Part shown: positions 10,586 through 20,874 of the stretch, piece after piece
How positions within the stretch are numbered: position 1 is the stretch's first letter
Layout of the letters: each line of letters opens with the position of its first letter
Assembly: GCA_963833575.1 (NCBI GenBank)
Contig: CAWHXY010000004.1
Coordinates: forward strand, 640,001-704,000
Length of the DNA: 64,000 bases
From: Candidatus Bathyarchaeota archaeon
GTDB lineage: Archaea; Thermoproteota; Bathyarchaeia; Bathyarchaeales; Bathycorpusculaceae
Direction: 5' to 3'
Translations under genes and position numbers: made by a program
Notes under the pieces: generated by a model
What the model saw: the letters and a program-made list of their open reading frames with translations, nothing else
What the model was told of the DNA's origin: nothing
Databases searched by the model: none

Positions 10586-11380
10586 TTAAGATAAACCTAA
10601 GACATCTGCCATGTTGAACACTTTAAGCTCTTTTTTATTGCTCAACCATTCGGCTGCGTAAACTGCTCCTTGCGCAAAGACGTTACGTGAGAACGCTATG
10701 TGCTCTATTTTAAGCATCTCGTAAGGGCCTGCAACGATTAAGTCATGAATTCCTGGAACTCCGCCAACACGTATTGCCATCGATTCGAGTTCGTTTGGTT
10801 GCCGCGGGTTAATACCTTCTCTCCCTGAAACGATTTTTGAGTAGCCACGAGTTTTTGATATTATTTGCTCAAGCTTCTTAGCTGTCCCACTCGGAGCATC
10901 TTTCTTCCCTGTATGGTGGATTTCGCTTAAACTGAAATCGTACCCTGTAGGAAATGCTTTCAAAGCTTCTGCCAATTTGAAGAGTATGTTGACACCTACA
11001 GAATAGTTTGGTGAGAATACTGCCGGTACTTTGTCTGTCATAGCAGCTACGACTTGGCGGTTTTGCTCTGATGTAAAACCTGTGGTTCCGAGGATTATGC
11101 GTTTTCCAAGATTCGCTACCGTAGGGATGTTAATTACTTCGGCGTCAGGCGTTGTGAAGCTTACATACGTATCTGAAGTTTGGACAGCTTCACTTAGTCT
11201 GTTGGAACTCATGATTTGTGTGTCGGAATTAGCTATACCAAGTTCTCGCAGGGTCTTGCCTATGCTAGGACTGTTTGGAGCGTCTATTGCACCAGCGATT
11301 TGATGTCCCTTCGCGGTTGCTTCAGTTATGATAGCGTTACCCATTCTACCTGCGGCGCCTGCTACACACAATTTAAGCAT
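10586..11380 (-). CDS. dapB: 4-hydroxy-tetrahydrodipicolinate reductase
   Basis: GAAGRMG, GTTGF, EIHHTGKKDAPSGTA. Confidence 0.96.
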   Translation of the reverse strand: MLKLCVAGAAGRMGNAIITEATAKGHQIAGAIDAPNSPSIGKTLRELGIANSDTQIMSSNRLSEAVQTSDTYVSFTTPDAEVINIPTVANLGKRIILGTTGFTSEQNRQVVAAMTDKVPAVFSPNYSVGVNILFKLAEALKAFPTGYDFSLSEIHHTGKKDAPSGTAKKLEQIISKTRGYSKIVSGREGINPRQPNELESMAIRVGGVPGIHDLIVAGPYEMLKIEHIAFSRNVFAQGAVYAAEWLSNKKELKVFNMADVLGLS

Positions 11381-12410
11381 AATAGAGCCCCTCCAGATAC
11401 TTTGTATTATATAATCGATCCTTTATGTCAACGTTAAAGTAGTCGGCGACAGGCTGAAGAATTTCTGGATTTGTCTCAAATACTTTTCTAGCGTTTGTAA
11501 GGACGACCTCTAATCCAGAACGCGTCATCTTTCCCAAAGGTTGCCTACATGGACCCGACGGCATGCCAAGTACGTTCATCAATGTCTTGTACGCCAGTGG
11601 ATTTCTTGCCTTGCAAGCAACTGGACCGTAGGGCGTCTGTTCTTGGGTTTTTACAGTAACTAAGCTAAAGAGCGGCTGGAGAGCTTGAGAGATTACACTG
11701 GCTGCTTCCTCGTTTCCATCCTGCAAGTAATGCACCATATCCACGACCGCATTTGGAACGACATTGGAAACAACTGAGATTACTCCGCTAGCAGAAATGT
11801 CAGGCGAAATCATCATGGTGTAGGTCTTATCATCATCGCCTGAGAGAATATCGAAATCTTCTCCACAGAGTTGCCGAGTTAACTCCATGTTCTTTAGATC
11901 GCCTGTAGCTTCTTTCACACAGCGAACGTTTGGGTATTGGTAATGAATCGCTGCAAGGTCTTGAGGGTAAAGCTGAGTTCCAGTTCTACCTGGGATAATG
12001 TAGGGAATTACTTGAGTTTCAGTGAATTGTCTCGCGATTGGTTCGATGTATTCTCGGCGTATTTCTAGAGAGCTCGGCCCATTGTAATATGGATCTACAA
12101 GTAAAACGCATTTTATACCTAGGTGCTGGGCGTGTTCTGTTCCTTCAATTGCTTCTTGTGTCGAGTTGCTTCCTGTCCCAGCTATAGTTAAGCAACGTGC
12201 GCCTATGTAGTCATGAGTTTTTTCGATTACCTGGTTGTGTTCATGCCAGTCTAAGGTAGGGCTTTCGCCAGTTGTGCCGACAGCTAATATGCCTTTTACG
12301 CCTTCTTCTATTTGAAAATTCACCAGTTGACGTAAACCTTCGTAATCGACTTGACGATTACTGGTCATTGGAGTTATTAGTGCAGTATAACAACCGCTAA
12401 ATGTCACCAT
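11373..12410 (-). CDS. dapA: 4-hydroxy-tetrahydrodipicolinate synthase
   Basis: TALITP, GTTGESPTL, PYYN, KEATG, LSGDD; start moved to the ATG following GAGGAA. Confidence 0.93.
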   Translation of the reverse strand: MVTFSGCYTALITPMTSNRQVDYEGLRQLVNFQIEEGVKGILAVGTTGESPTLDWHEHNQVIEKTHDYIGARCLTIAGTGSNSTQEAIEGTEHAQHLGIKCVLLVDPYYNGPSSLEIRREYIEPIARQFTETQVIPYIIPGRTGTQLYPQDLAAIHYQYPNVRCVKEATGDLKNMELTRQLCGEDFDILSGDDDKTYTMMISPDISASGVISVVSNVVPNAVVDMVHYLQDGNEEAASVISQALQPLFSLVTVKTQEQTPYGPVACKARNPLAYKTLMNVLGMPSGPCRQPLGKMTRSGLEVVLTNARKVFETNPEILQPVADYFNVDIKDRLYNTKYLEGLYYA

Positions 12411-12571
12411 TATTAATTCCTCATTTATTGGAAGCAACATGCATAGCTTTGTATTTAAGTATTACGTTTAACATAGTTTTTTTACTAAAAACGAAAAAAT
12501 ATTACATAAATTTCAGATAAATTCAGACTTGAACCAATGCTTTTCGTAAGAAACCAATTAAAAAACTTGGC

Positions 12572-12880
12572 TTAACATTCTAACGGCACAACATAATAAG
12601 ACGTAAAAACATCATCGTAGCCAATGTAAAGCCCTCGCAAAAAAGCAATTGCATCCTCAAGAACCAGCGCAGATGGAATAACCAACCTGAAATTATCCAA
12701 CCGCACAACTTCGGTCAACTTTCCAGTTTCTTTTTTCAGAATTTTCATTCTTAAAACTTTGCGCCCTGAAAGAAAGACTGCAAACTCACCATAGAGAGAA
12801 CTGCCTTTTCGAACTTCGATGGATTTTTTTCCAGATTTTAGCCATTCAAATGGCTCTTTCTTCGTACGGAAAAGTGGCAC
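12572..12880 (-). CDS. ASCH domain protein
   Basis: GKKSIEVR (GxKxxExR) signature. Confidence 0.75.
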   Translation of the reverse strand: MPLFRTKKEPFEWLKSGKKSIEVRKGSSLYGEFAVFLSGRKVLRMKILKKETGKLTEVVRLDNFRLVIPSALVLEDAIAFLRGLYIGYDDVFTSYYVVPLEC

Positions 12881-12996
12881 GTTTAAACCTGAAATTTTAG
12901 AGTCACTTGCCTAAGAAATAAACTTTAGCAAGAAAAGCGAATAACTAAATTGTATGGAATAGGAAAAAATGGGTTGAAACTGAGAAAAACTTTGGT

Positions 12997-13194
12997 TTAC
13001 CCTTTGCCTTTCTCTTCTTTACCGAAGTACTTGGTCCATTTTAGTTTGCGTGCATCTCGTTTAAATTGCAATGAGCTTTTCTTGCATTTGCCGGAATCGA
13101 ACCATAGAATTGATCCATCGTTTTTGACGAACATCATGCCTGTGCCAGCTGGGAAATCAGCACCACAGAATGAGCATTTACGGTTTTTTGGCAT
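12997..13194 (-). CDS. rpl24e: 50S ribosomal protein L24e
   Basis: CSFCG..PAGTGMMFVKNDG...LKWT. Confidence 0.96.
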   Translation of the reverse strand: MPKNRKCSFCGADFPAGTGMMFVKNDGSILWFDSGKCKKSSLQFKRDARKLKWTKYFGKEEKGKG

Positions 13195-13214
13195 GATAAT
13201 TTTTCTCCTTTATG

Positions 13215-13433
13215 TTATCTTGTGATTTTCTTTGCTTCTCTTTCTGTTTCTCGCAGCATTAGGATATCTTGAACGCGAACTGGTCCTTTAACGTTGCGTG
13301 TTATGATTCTGCCTTTGTCTTTGCCTTCCATTATGCGAACTCGAACCTGTGTGATTTCGCCTGTTACGCCAGTTCGACCTATAACCTGAATAACTTCTGA
13401 TGGAATAAGCTCTTCTGCTGCTTCTTTACTCAT
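13215..13433 (-). CDS. rps28e: 30S ribosomal protein S28e
   Basis: [12 protein letters not shown]...[19 protein letters not shown]. Confidence 0.97.
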   Translation of the reverse strand: MSKEAAEELIPSEVIQVIGRTGVTGEITQVRVRIMEGKDKGRIITRNVKGPVRVQDILMLRETEREAKKITR

Positions 13434-13813
13434 TACTGAGTTCCTCGTTTGACCTGGTCAATTCGCGTGACTATTTCTCTGATTAATCCTGCGGCTTCTC
13501 CTTCTTTGAGAATGCATGCTGCTGCACACGGAACGTCGATACCTATGGAGGTGCCTATCTTGTCTTTGCTTGGAACGAATACGTATGGAATTTTTCTTTC
13601 TTCACAGAGAAGCGGTAAATGCGCCACCACTTCCGGTGGATCTACATCTTCAGCTATAATAACTAGTTTCGCTATTGATCGTTCAACAGCTTTTGTAGCT
13701 TCGTTTGTTCCTTTCCTAACTACTCCTGATTTAGAAGCAATGGTTAGGGCTTCATAGGCTGCATCTACGATTTCTTTCGGTACTTCATATTTTACATAGA
13801 ATGGTTTGGACAT
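13433..13813 (-). CDS. rpl7ae: 50S ribosomal protein L7Ae
   Basis: [32 protein letters not shown]. Confidence 0.97.
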   Translation of the reverse strand: MSKPFYVKYEVPKEIVDAAYEALTIASKSGVVRKGTNEATKAVERSIAKLVIIAEDVDPPEVVAHLPLLCEERKIPYVFVPSKDKIGTSIGIDVPCAAACILKEGEAAGLIREIVTRIDQVKRGTQ

Positions 13814-13974
13814 ATTAGCCTCACCCTTTTAAGGCACAGTCTTATCCACACTTCTTGTTTAAGAAGCTTTCTGCTCAGAAAGGTTAGTCTAAACTTACGG
13901 CTTTTAAAGCTCTTAGAAAGCTTTAAATAAGCTACTACGGCATCGTACATGTTTTTCGAGAGGGGAATGGGCGT

Positions 13975-14223
13975 TTGCAAAAATTGGGCAGGGTGCGGGC
14001 GTTAACTCCATCTAAAAACATGATTGTAAAGAGTGAACAAGCGCCTAGAATTGGCTCAGAAGTTATTGATGAGAACTTAAATGTTGTCGGTAAAGTTTTT
14101 GATATTATAGGTCCAGTGTCGGCTCCTTATGCGGTTGTTAAACCAACAATTAGGGAACCTGCTAAACTATTGAATAAACCGGTGTACTTGCTCCTCTCGA
14201 AAACGACACGGAGCAAAAAATAA
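13975..14223 (+). CDS. gar1: Gar1/Naf1 H/ACA RNP protein
   Basis: VGKVFDIIGPVSAPY motif; directly upstream of tfb. Confidence 0.88.
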   Translation: MQKLGRVRALTPSKNMIVKSEQAPRIGSEVIDENLNVVGKVFDIIGPVSAPYAVVKPTIREPAKLLNKPVYLLLSKTTRSKK

Positions 14224-15183
14224 ATGAGTAGAGACAGCAAGCTTGAAACAGACCAATCTGTAAAAACAGAACCAGCAAAGATACAATCTTGCCCTGAATG
14301 CGGCAGCACCCGACTTATGCGCGATTACGAATGCGCCGAAATAGTATGTATGGACTGCGGGTTCGTTGTCGCAGCCAAAATAGCTGACCGAGGACCTGAA
14401 TGGAGAGCTTTTGATGATGAACAAAGATCAAAGCGAACCAGAGTTGGAGCACCCTTAACATATACGATCCACGATAAGGGGTTATCAACAACTATCGATT
14501 GGCATGACCGCGACATCTATGGTAAAAGCCTCTCGCCAGGACAGAAAGCTCAAGTTTATCGCCTTAGAAAATGGCAAAGGCGCATCAGGGTTTCAGACGC
14601 AACAGAGCGGAATCTGGCATTTGCTCTCTCTGAAATTACAAAAATTTCGAACAATTTGAATCTTCCAAAAAATATTCTTGAAACAGCCTCAGTAATTTAT
14701 CGAAAAGCCGTAAAAGAACGCCTAATCAGAGGTAGGTCAATTCAGGGCGTAACTTCAGCAGCAATTTATTTGGCATGCAGGCAATGTGGCTTACCTCGAA
14801 CCTTGGACGAAATCGCTCAGTCGTCAACAGTAAATAAGAAAGAAGTTGGTAGAAGCTACCGTTTTCTCATCAGAGAATTAAACTATTCTATTCCACCGCT
14901 CAGACCAAGTCAGTACATAACAAAGTTCTCGAACCAGCTGACGATGCAGGGAAAAGTTGAAGAAATTGCTCACAAAATCTTGGCGGCTGCAAAAGAACTT
15001 AAACTTACATCAGGTCGAGGACCAACGGGCATTGCTGCAGCAGCAAGTTACGTAGCATCTGTTTTAACCGGCGAGAGAAAGACGCAAAGAGAAATCGCCG
15101 AGATTGCGCAGGTCACTGAGGTCACCATTCGGAATAGGTACAAGGAACTTGTAGAACGATTAATGTTCCAAATAAGCATTTAA
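14224..15183 (+). CDS. tfb: Transcription initiation factor IIB
   Basis: CPECG Zn ribbon, GPEWRAF B-reader, two cyclin repeats, [12 protein letters not shown]. Confidence 0.98.
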   Translation: MSRDSKLETDQSVKTEPAKIQSCPECGSTRLMRDYECAEIVCMDCGFVVAAKIADRGPEWRAFDDEQRSKRTRVGAPLTYTIHDKGLSTTIDWHDRDIYGKSLSPGQKAQVYRLRKWQRRIRVSDATERNLAFALSEITKISNNLNLPKNILETASVIYRKAVKERLIRGRSIQGVTSAAIYLACRQCGLPRTLDEIAQSSTVNKKEVGRSYRFLIRELNYSIPPLRPSQYITKFSNQLTMQGKVEEIAHKILAAAKELKLTSGRGPTGIAAAASYVASVLTGERKTQREIAEIAQVTEVTIRNRYKELVERLMFQISI

Positions 15184-15220
15184 TTTCCGTCCTGTACTCT
15201 GCTAATCAGGTCCATGACAA

Positions 15221-15508
15221 ATGGCTAATTCAGACATGATGAAAACAGAAGCACCAAAATTAGAAGAGTTAATTACTGAGCTTAAGGAAATTCAGACAGG
15301 GTTTCAACGGAATTTATCTATTTTACACCAAACAATAGAAACCCTTGATTCAAAACCTGAATTATTAAATGGCCTTGAACTTTTTGAGAAAGATGCAGAA
15401 TCCCGAGCCAGTAATTTGGAAGCAGAGGTAAAGCAGCTTCGTGAACAACTTGAAATCATTAAAGAGATTTTAGGGTTAAATACGAAAAAATCTCCTGTTG
15501 AATATTAG
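15221..15508 (+). CDS. Hypothetical coiled-coil protein
   Basis: 95-aa E/L/K-rich heptad-like ORF, co-directional with tfb. Confidence 0.6.
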   Translation: MANSDMMKTEAPKLEELITELKEIQTGFQRNLSILHQTIETLDSKPELLNGLELFEKDAESRASNLEAEVKQLREQLEIIKEILGLNTKKSPVEY

Positions 15509-15554
15509 AAAGACACAGGTATTTTTTTAAGCACCTTATTAACTATGCTATTCT

Positions 15555-16169
15555 ATGCCCTATAGATTCATTTTTGACCTTTCCAAGGTTCCGCGATTCT
15601 TCTTCACAGAAATTGCGACCGTTAGTTACCAGAAGGGCATGCATAAAAGCCTGCTTGATAAGCTTCAAAGCCTCATCATTAAATTTAGAATTGAAGAGGC
15701 TACTGGGCTAAACATTAATGACGCAATAGTTCTGCTTCAGGATTTTATTGATGTACAAGCGGTTAATATGATTGAGCGAAATAAATTCTTGCAGACCAAG
15801 AAAAGAGCTCTTTTCCTGCCTCACTGCTCTCGAAAATATTTAGACAACCGATGTAAAGCTTCGTTTAACTCAGATATTCCATCATATACATGTGCACACT
15901 GTTCAGAAGACTGCTTAGTGAACCAATCTAGCCGGCTAGCCAAAACAAAAGGTTATGACGTTTATATTGTACCAGGCGGTTCGTGTATTCCTAAAATTTT
16001 GAAAAACACCAGGTATGAGGGCGTAGTAGGTGTCGCTTGCGGCGAAGAAATCAAGCTATTTGGACCGTTTCTGAATAGTATCGGTCTTGCAGGCCAAGCG
16101 ATACCGTTGATTAAGAATGGCTGTGCAAACACTGTTTTCAACATGGAAACACTCGTAAATGCGCTATAG
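15555..16169 (+). CDS. DUF116 family Cys-rich protein
   Basis: LPHC, C..C..C, IVPGGS, GVAC, GC motifs. Confidence 0.8.
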   Translation: MPYRFIFDLSKVPRFFFTEIATVSYQKGMHKSLLDKLQSLIIKFRIEEATGLNINDAIVLLQDFIDVQAVNMIERNKFLQTKKRALFLPHCSRKYLDNRCKASFNSDIPSYTCAHCSEDCLVNQSSRLAKTKGYDVYIVPGGSCIPKILKNTRYEGVVGVACGEEIKLFGPFLNSIGLAGQAIPLIKNGCANTVFNMETLVNAL

Positions 16170-16423
16170 TCGTCATTGACTGACTGCTCATCAAGAAAGC
16201 GAGACCTTGCAAAGCGTCTAATTTTAACTCTTGAAACATTGTAACTTGAAGTAAATTACTGTTAAAAGCAAAAACAAAAAAGCATATTTGCGAAAAAGAG
16301 AGATTCACCATTAATCAATACATCATAGTTTGTTGTAAGTTATGCAAATAATGTAACATGTGATTGTCGAAAATTGTGGCGAGGGATAGTAGTACTATTC
16401 TACTAATAACTCACAAGTTAAAT

Positions 16424-16585
16424 TTACTTCACTATTTCTCGTTTCTTCCAGCGCAGGTTCTTGCCCTTACACTTTCTGCATTTTAAGGCGGTTTCAGCAT
16501 TGCGTGCGCCGCAGTCTCTGCAGATTTTCATGTACAACCTGTGCTTCTGTGCTATGGCTTTTTTAACTGGATCTAATATTGGCAT
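16424..16585 (-). CDS. rpl40e: 50S ribosomal protein L40e (absent from the ORF track, 53 aa)
   Basis: Manual translation MPILDPVKKAIAQKHRLYMKICRDCGARNAETALKCRKCKGKNLRWKKREIVK. Confidence 0.96.
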   Translation of the reverse strand: MPILDPVKKAIAQKHRLYMKICRDCGARNAETALKCRKCKGKNLRWKKREIVK

Positions 16586-16805
16586 TTTATTAACCTTCCA
16601 TTTTGGCTAACTCTTTGATGGTTAAGTATCAAATATACCTTTTGTCTAAACTTTACACTTTACAAAAACTGAGCTAAAACGCCTAACAAACAATTTGATT
16701 GGGGCTGACGCTCGCAGCAACTGAGGTTTTATTCAAACTCATATTTCTATGATATCCCAAATCAACATGTATTGTTTTATTTTGAAATAAATTAAGAAAT
16801 AGGTT

Positions 16806-17270
16806 TTAGATTTCCTCGATAGTGACATAAGAACGTGTATCTTCAATCCCATCTATGTTGTAGAGTTTTTTTAGAACGTCATCAAGATTGTCACGTTCAA
16901 CAATAATTAAAGCATCTACTTCGCCAGCGATACGGAAAGCCCTCGAAACAGCGAGCTCGCGAATCTGATCGTAAACATGAATTCTTTTGATTGGCGCGAC
17001 TTTGAGAAGGATAAATGCTGGTGTAGTTGAAACACCAAGAGCACTCAAGCCCTTATCAGTGACATCAATAAAACCTCTACCAGTTCGGATGTATCCACGG
17101 TTTTTGAGTTTGCGCAAATGAACGTTTAACGCTTGTCTACTTACTCCTAATTGGCTTGATAACTCGTCTTGTTTAACTCTCAGGGTGTAGGTGTTTGTTG
17201 ATTTTCCCTTCTCATAAAGTGTTTTTAAGAGTTGTATTGAACGTTTAGTTAATGGTTCCAAATTGGTCAC
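16806..17270 (-). CDS. wHTH + Lrp/AsnC ligand-binding domain regulator
   Basis: QDELSSQLGVSRQALNVHLRKL HTH; C-terminal IAGEVDAL...IDGIEDTRS. Confidence 0.85.
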   Translation of the reverse strand: MTNLEPLTKRSIQLLKTLYEKGKSTNTYTLRVKQDELSSQLGVSRQALNVHLRKLKNRGYIRTGRGFIDVTDKGLSALGVSTTPAFILLKVAPIKRIHVYDQIRELAVSRAFRIAGEVDALIIVERDNLDDVLKKLYNIDGIEDTRSYVTIEEI

Positions 17271-17522
17271 TTTTGTTGTGTTTTGTTAACTTAAACCTTT
17301 ACAATAGTGAGGGTTGCTTAATAATTTGATGCTGAGTAGTTTTAAGAATAATAATCTGAAATAAAATTCAGTATTCTGTAACCAAAAAATATTTTAGGGA
17401 ACTATTTTTGAGCGAGTTGCAAATGTTCAGTCAGAACGTTAAGGTTATACCACAATGTATTTATTTTTAAAAAAATCTTTACTGAAGCCACTTAAAAAGT
17501 AAACTAGGAGTGAAGCGAAGGC

Positions 17523-17813
17523 GTGACGGAAGGCAATGCAGTCTTAATCGGCAAAAAACCGATAATGAACTATGTCCTCGCCTGCATAACTTTCTTTCAT
17601 GGCGGAGCAAAAGAAGTAAGCATAAAAGCACGCGGCAGATCAATAAGTCGAGCAATAGATGTGGCCGAAGTTGTCAGACACAGATTCCTTCCTGATGCAA
17701 AAATCAAAAGCATCAGCATCGGAACAGATCAGTTTCAGCCTCAAGAAGAAGGGGACGCAACAACTAACGTAAGCACAATAGAAATAACATTGACAAGGCA
17801 AACCACGAAGTAG
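17523..17813 (+). CDS. albA: Chromatin protein Alba
   Basis: [34 protein letters not shown]. Confidence 0.96.
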   Translation: MTEGNAVLIGKKPIMNYVLACITFFHGGAKEVSIKARGRSISRAIDVAEVVRHRFLPDAKIKSISIGTDQFQPQEEGDATTNVSTIEITLTRQTTK

Positions 17814-17850
17814 CTGAACTCCAAGCTTTGCAGGAAAAACGACCAACAAA

Positions 17851-18360
17851 ATGAAAACGGAACTATGCAGTTTCTGCTTAAAAAGTGGCATTCTATGCCA
17901 AAAATGTTCATCTAAAGTTAAGTCTGGCGAAATCAGTGATTTAGACTTAAAAATAGCCCGTTTAATGCTTTCGCTGGAAGAGAAATATCCTTCCCTGCAA
18001 AACGTCTGCTTTTACAAAGCAGTTGATGTAGAAAAAACCTTAGCCATTATAGTTGGACATGGGGATGTACCGAAACTTTTAGGTTACAGCGGCAAAATAA
18101 TCAAAACCATAGGTGACGAGACAGGCAAGAACGTGAAGGTTTTAGAGAATGGTGTTGATGACCGCAAATTCCTAGAAGACCTATTCATACCCTTCAGTAT
18201 ACTAACAATCAACACTATTTGGCTTCCAGACGGAACTACTGAAACCCGAGTTATCCTTAAGAGGAAACGCGGCGCGCAATTGCCTTTTGACCTTAAGGCT
18301 TTAAAGGAAATCGCCAGTAAAGTGCGTAAAATGTCCTTACGCGTTGAAATTGCAGATTAA
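17851..18360 (+). CDS. NusA-like KH-domain protein with N-terminal Zn finger
   Basis: CSFC...LCQKC, KH-like LLGYSGKIIK; lies between alba and aspS. Confidence 0.75.
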   Translation: MKTELCSFCLKSGILCQKCSSKVKSGEISDLDLKIARLMLSLEEKYPSLQNVCFYKAVDVEKTLAIIVGHGDVPKLLGYSGKIIKTIGDETGKNVKVLENGVDDRKFLEDLFIPFSILTINTIWLPDGTTETRVILKRKRGAQLPFDLKALKEIASKVRKMSLRVEIAD

Positions 18361-18376
18361 GGATTAGCGATAAACC

Positions 18377-19696
18377 ATGAACTTGGACTCTTTTGGTGAA
18401 TGGACTAGAACTCACTATACCAATAGCGTAACATCTGAAGTTGACGGTCAAGAAGTCACTCTTTTTGGATGGGTTCAAGAAATCCGCGATTTAGGCGGAA
18501 TCCGCTTCATTATACTTCAGGATCGCGAAGGAACTATTCAAATAACCATTCCTAAAAAAAGAATCGCACCTGAAGTTTTAGCCAAATCGGATTTGCTTCA
18601 GAAAAGATTCAGTCTAGCAGTTAAAGGCAATGTTAAAAAAACTAATATGACGCCAAGAGGCGTAGAAGTAATCCCCAGCGCTATCAAAATCTTAAACACA
18701 GCCATCGAAGCATTGCCGATAGACATCACAGGTAAAACTCCCGCCAATATTGAGGCTCGTTTAGATGCAAGAGCTCTGGATTTGACACAGGATAAAGTGT
18801 TAGCAGCCTTCAAAATACAGCATACAGCTCTTAACGCGATCAGAAACTACCTGTTTGAGAAGGGATTTTTGGAAGTTCACACACCACGCATAATTGCCTC
18901 AGCAACTGAGGGCGGTGCAGAACTTTTCTCAGTTAAATATTTTGACCAAAAAGCGTACCTTGCCCAAAGTCCACAGCTCTACAAAGAAGAATTGACTTTA
19001 AGTTTTGAGAAAGTGTTTGAGGTGGGTCCATTCTTTAGAGCTGAAGAATCTCATACTCGCAGGCACCTTAGCGAGTTCACATCTATAGATATTGAACAGG
19101 CTTTTGCCAATGCCCAAGATGTTATGGCGCTTCTGGAACAAGTCATACACCACGCCTGCGTTACGGTGAGGGAGAAGTGCTCAGCTGAGCTCTCGCTGCT
19201 CAAATATAAATTTGAAGTCCCCGTGATTCCGTTCAAACGTTTAACCTACACCCAAGTTCTCGAAGACCTCAAAGGGCAAGGTGTAACCATTCCATGGGGT
19301 GAAGACATTCCCACAGAAGCCTTCCGAGAACTCGCCAAACTCTACCCATTCTTCTACTTCATAACCGACTGGCCAACCCACGCAAAAGCGTTCTACATTA
19401 AACCATGCGATGACAAACCTGAAGTCTGCGAAGGTTTCGACTTGATGTGGCGATACATTGAACTCGTGTCGGGCGGAACAAGAATTAGCCAAAAAGAACA
19501 GTTAATGCAAAGAATGACAGAAAAGGGACTTAACCCTGAATCCTTCAAATATCACCTACAAGCCTTCGACTACGGCATGCCGCCTCACGCGGGCTGGGCA
19601 ATCGGGCTTGAACGGCTAACAATGATTTTGACCGGAAAAAAGAACATCCGAGAAGTAACGCTTTACCCGCGGGATCGAGTAAGGCTAACCCCTTAG
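18377..19696 (+). CDS. aspS: Aspartate--tRNA(Asp/Asn) ligase, probably non-discriminating
   Basis: LAQSPQLYK, FRAEES.TRRHLSEF, GMPPHAG..GLERL; Pro in the anticodon-domain loop (MTPRGVE) is typical of ND enzymes. Confidence 0.95.
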   Translation: MNLDSFGEWTRTHYTNSVTSEVDGQEVTLFGWVQEIRDLGGIRFIILQDREGTIQITIPKKRIAPEVLAKSDLLQKRFSLAVKGNVKKTNMTPRGVEVIPSAIKILNTAIEALPIDITGKTPANIEARLDARALDLTQDKVLAAFKIQHTALNAIRNYLFEKGFLEVHTPRIIASATEGGAELFSVKYFDQKAYLAQSPQLYKEELTLSFEKVFEVGPFFRAEESHTRRHLSEFTSIDIEQAFANAQDVMALLEQVIHHACVTVREKCSAELSLLKYKFEVPVIPFKRLTYTQVLEDLKGQGVTIPWGEDIPTEAFRELAKLYPFFYFITDWPTHAKAFYIKPCDDKPEVCEGFDLMWRYIELVSGGTRISQKEQLMQRMTEKGLNPESFKYHLQAFDYGMPPHAGWAIGLERLTMILTGKKNIREVTLYPRDRVRLTP

Positions 19697-20003
19697 ATCA
19701 AGTTCAGCGTCTAGGTTTTTGAAATCCGCACTCCTTAATGTAATTTAAGATTTTGATTTGAAGTTTTTTCTTCAATTTTGGTGCTATTTCATTTTTAAAT
19801 TGGCTTGGAATGGGTTTGGATTGGCGAAAGCTTGATGAAGGCGGCGTTCTGTGGTTTCCTTTCATGTGAACGAAGATGTTTGGCGCTTTCTTCCCTTGGC
19901 CATAAAGCGCAAGAACTGGATCTCTATAGCTGACGCTATCTTGCGAGCAAGCCGAAATAATTTCATCAGCATTAACAGAAGCGCACACTGGAGCACTAAC
20001 AAA

Positions 20004-20681
20004 TTAGTTTATCTGTTGCTTAGAAGTGCCGCCACCAACAGTGATAGTAAAGTTAAATGAATTTTTAGTGTTCATAGCCGCTTGAATATAAAGCATTCTT
20101 TGCTCTATAGTTGGATGGGTATGAGGAATTAATTTAGAAAGCCAACTTGTTTTTTGTGGACTTAGCCTCGCTAGGGCAGATATCATGGCAGCTCCATTAA
20201 CAAACTCGACGGCACTAAGGTCAGATTCAGTTTCTTGTTTTCTAAACCATTTAGCGTTAACATAATACGAACAAAACAAAAACAAAATGAAAGACATAAC
20301 CACTGCCGATGCAGTAAACAGAAATGAGGCAGAGTTAACAAAAAACAGGTAACCTATCACAACAGCAAGCACTGCAGAGGGAAGAACCGTTCGAGGCAAC
20401 CTCTTTGCAACATGCTTTTTTGCTATGTGATTAAATTCGTGGGCACCAATAGCGAGGACCTCATCAAGCGAAAGCATTTGGTAATAATTTGAGTTAAAGA
20501 CGAGCGCGTCAGAGTAGGCTAAGCAAGGGATGGGAAGAATACTCGATTTGTAATAGCGGTGGAACCTATCTTTTTTGAGGATTGAAGTTGCTTTCATACT
20601 CTCTGCTAGCGTGTCAAGTGCTTGCATTTCAAAGGGTTGTGCTCTGAGCAGCCACACCATAATGGAGCTAATCAATCCCAT
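20004..20681 (-). CDS. M48 (HtpX-like) membrane metallopeptidase
   Basis: AHEFNH, two TM helices, ETESD, THPTIEQR. Confidence 0.8.
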   Translation of the reverse strand: MGLISSIMVWLLRAQPFEMQALDTLAESMKATSILKKDRFHRYYKSSILPIPCLAYSDALVFNSNYYQMLSLDEVLAIGAHEFNHIAKKHVAKRLPRTVLPSAVLAVVIGYLFFVNSASFLFTASAVVMSFILFLFCSYYVNAKWFRKQETESDLSAVEFVNGAAMISALARLSPQKTSWLSKLIPHTHPTIEQRMLYIQAAMNTKNSFNFTITVGGGTSKQQIN

Positions 20682-20825
20682 TTTCCATCATCCAAACGAT
20701 TGATGGTTACAATATAAGGGTTTGACTTTTAAGAGCGTGCGTGTATTACATGCGCTTGCTCAACAATTAATGATTTCTGCAATTGCGTTATGACTCCTTA
20801 TTGATGTCCGCGGAAGCTTTATCAG

Positions 20826-20860
20826 CAATATCGATTATTCAATATCGATTAATCGATATC
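20826..20860 (+). promoter_or_regulatory. Putative PadR operator
   Basis: Perfect 18-bp palindrome ATATCGATTAATCGATAT (20842-20859) and direct repeat CAATATCGATTA at 20826 and 20840, just after a TATA-like TTTATCA. Confidence 0.6.
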
Positions 20861-20874
20861 AACAAGATGATAAA

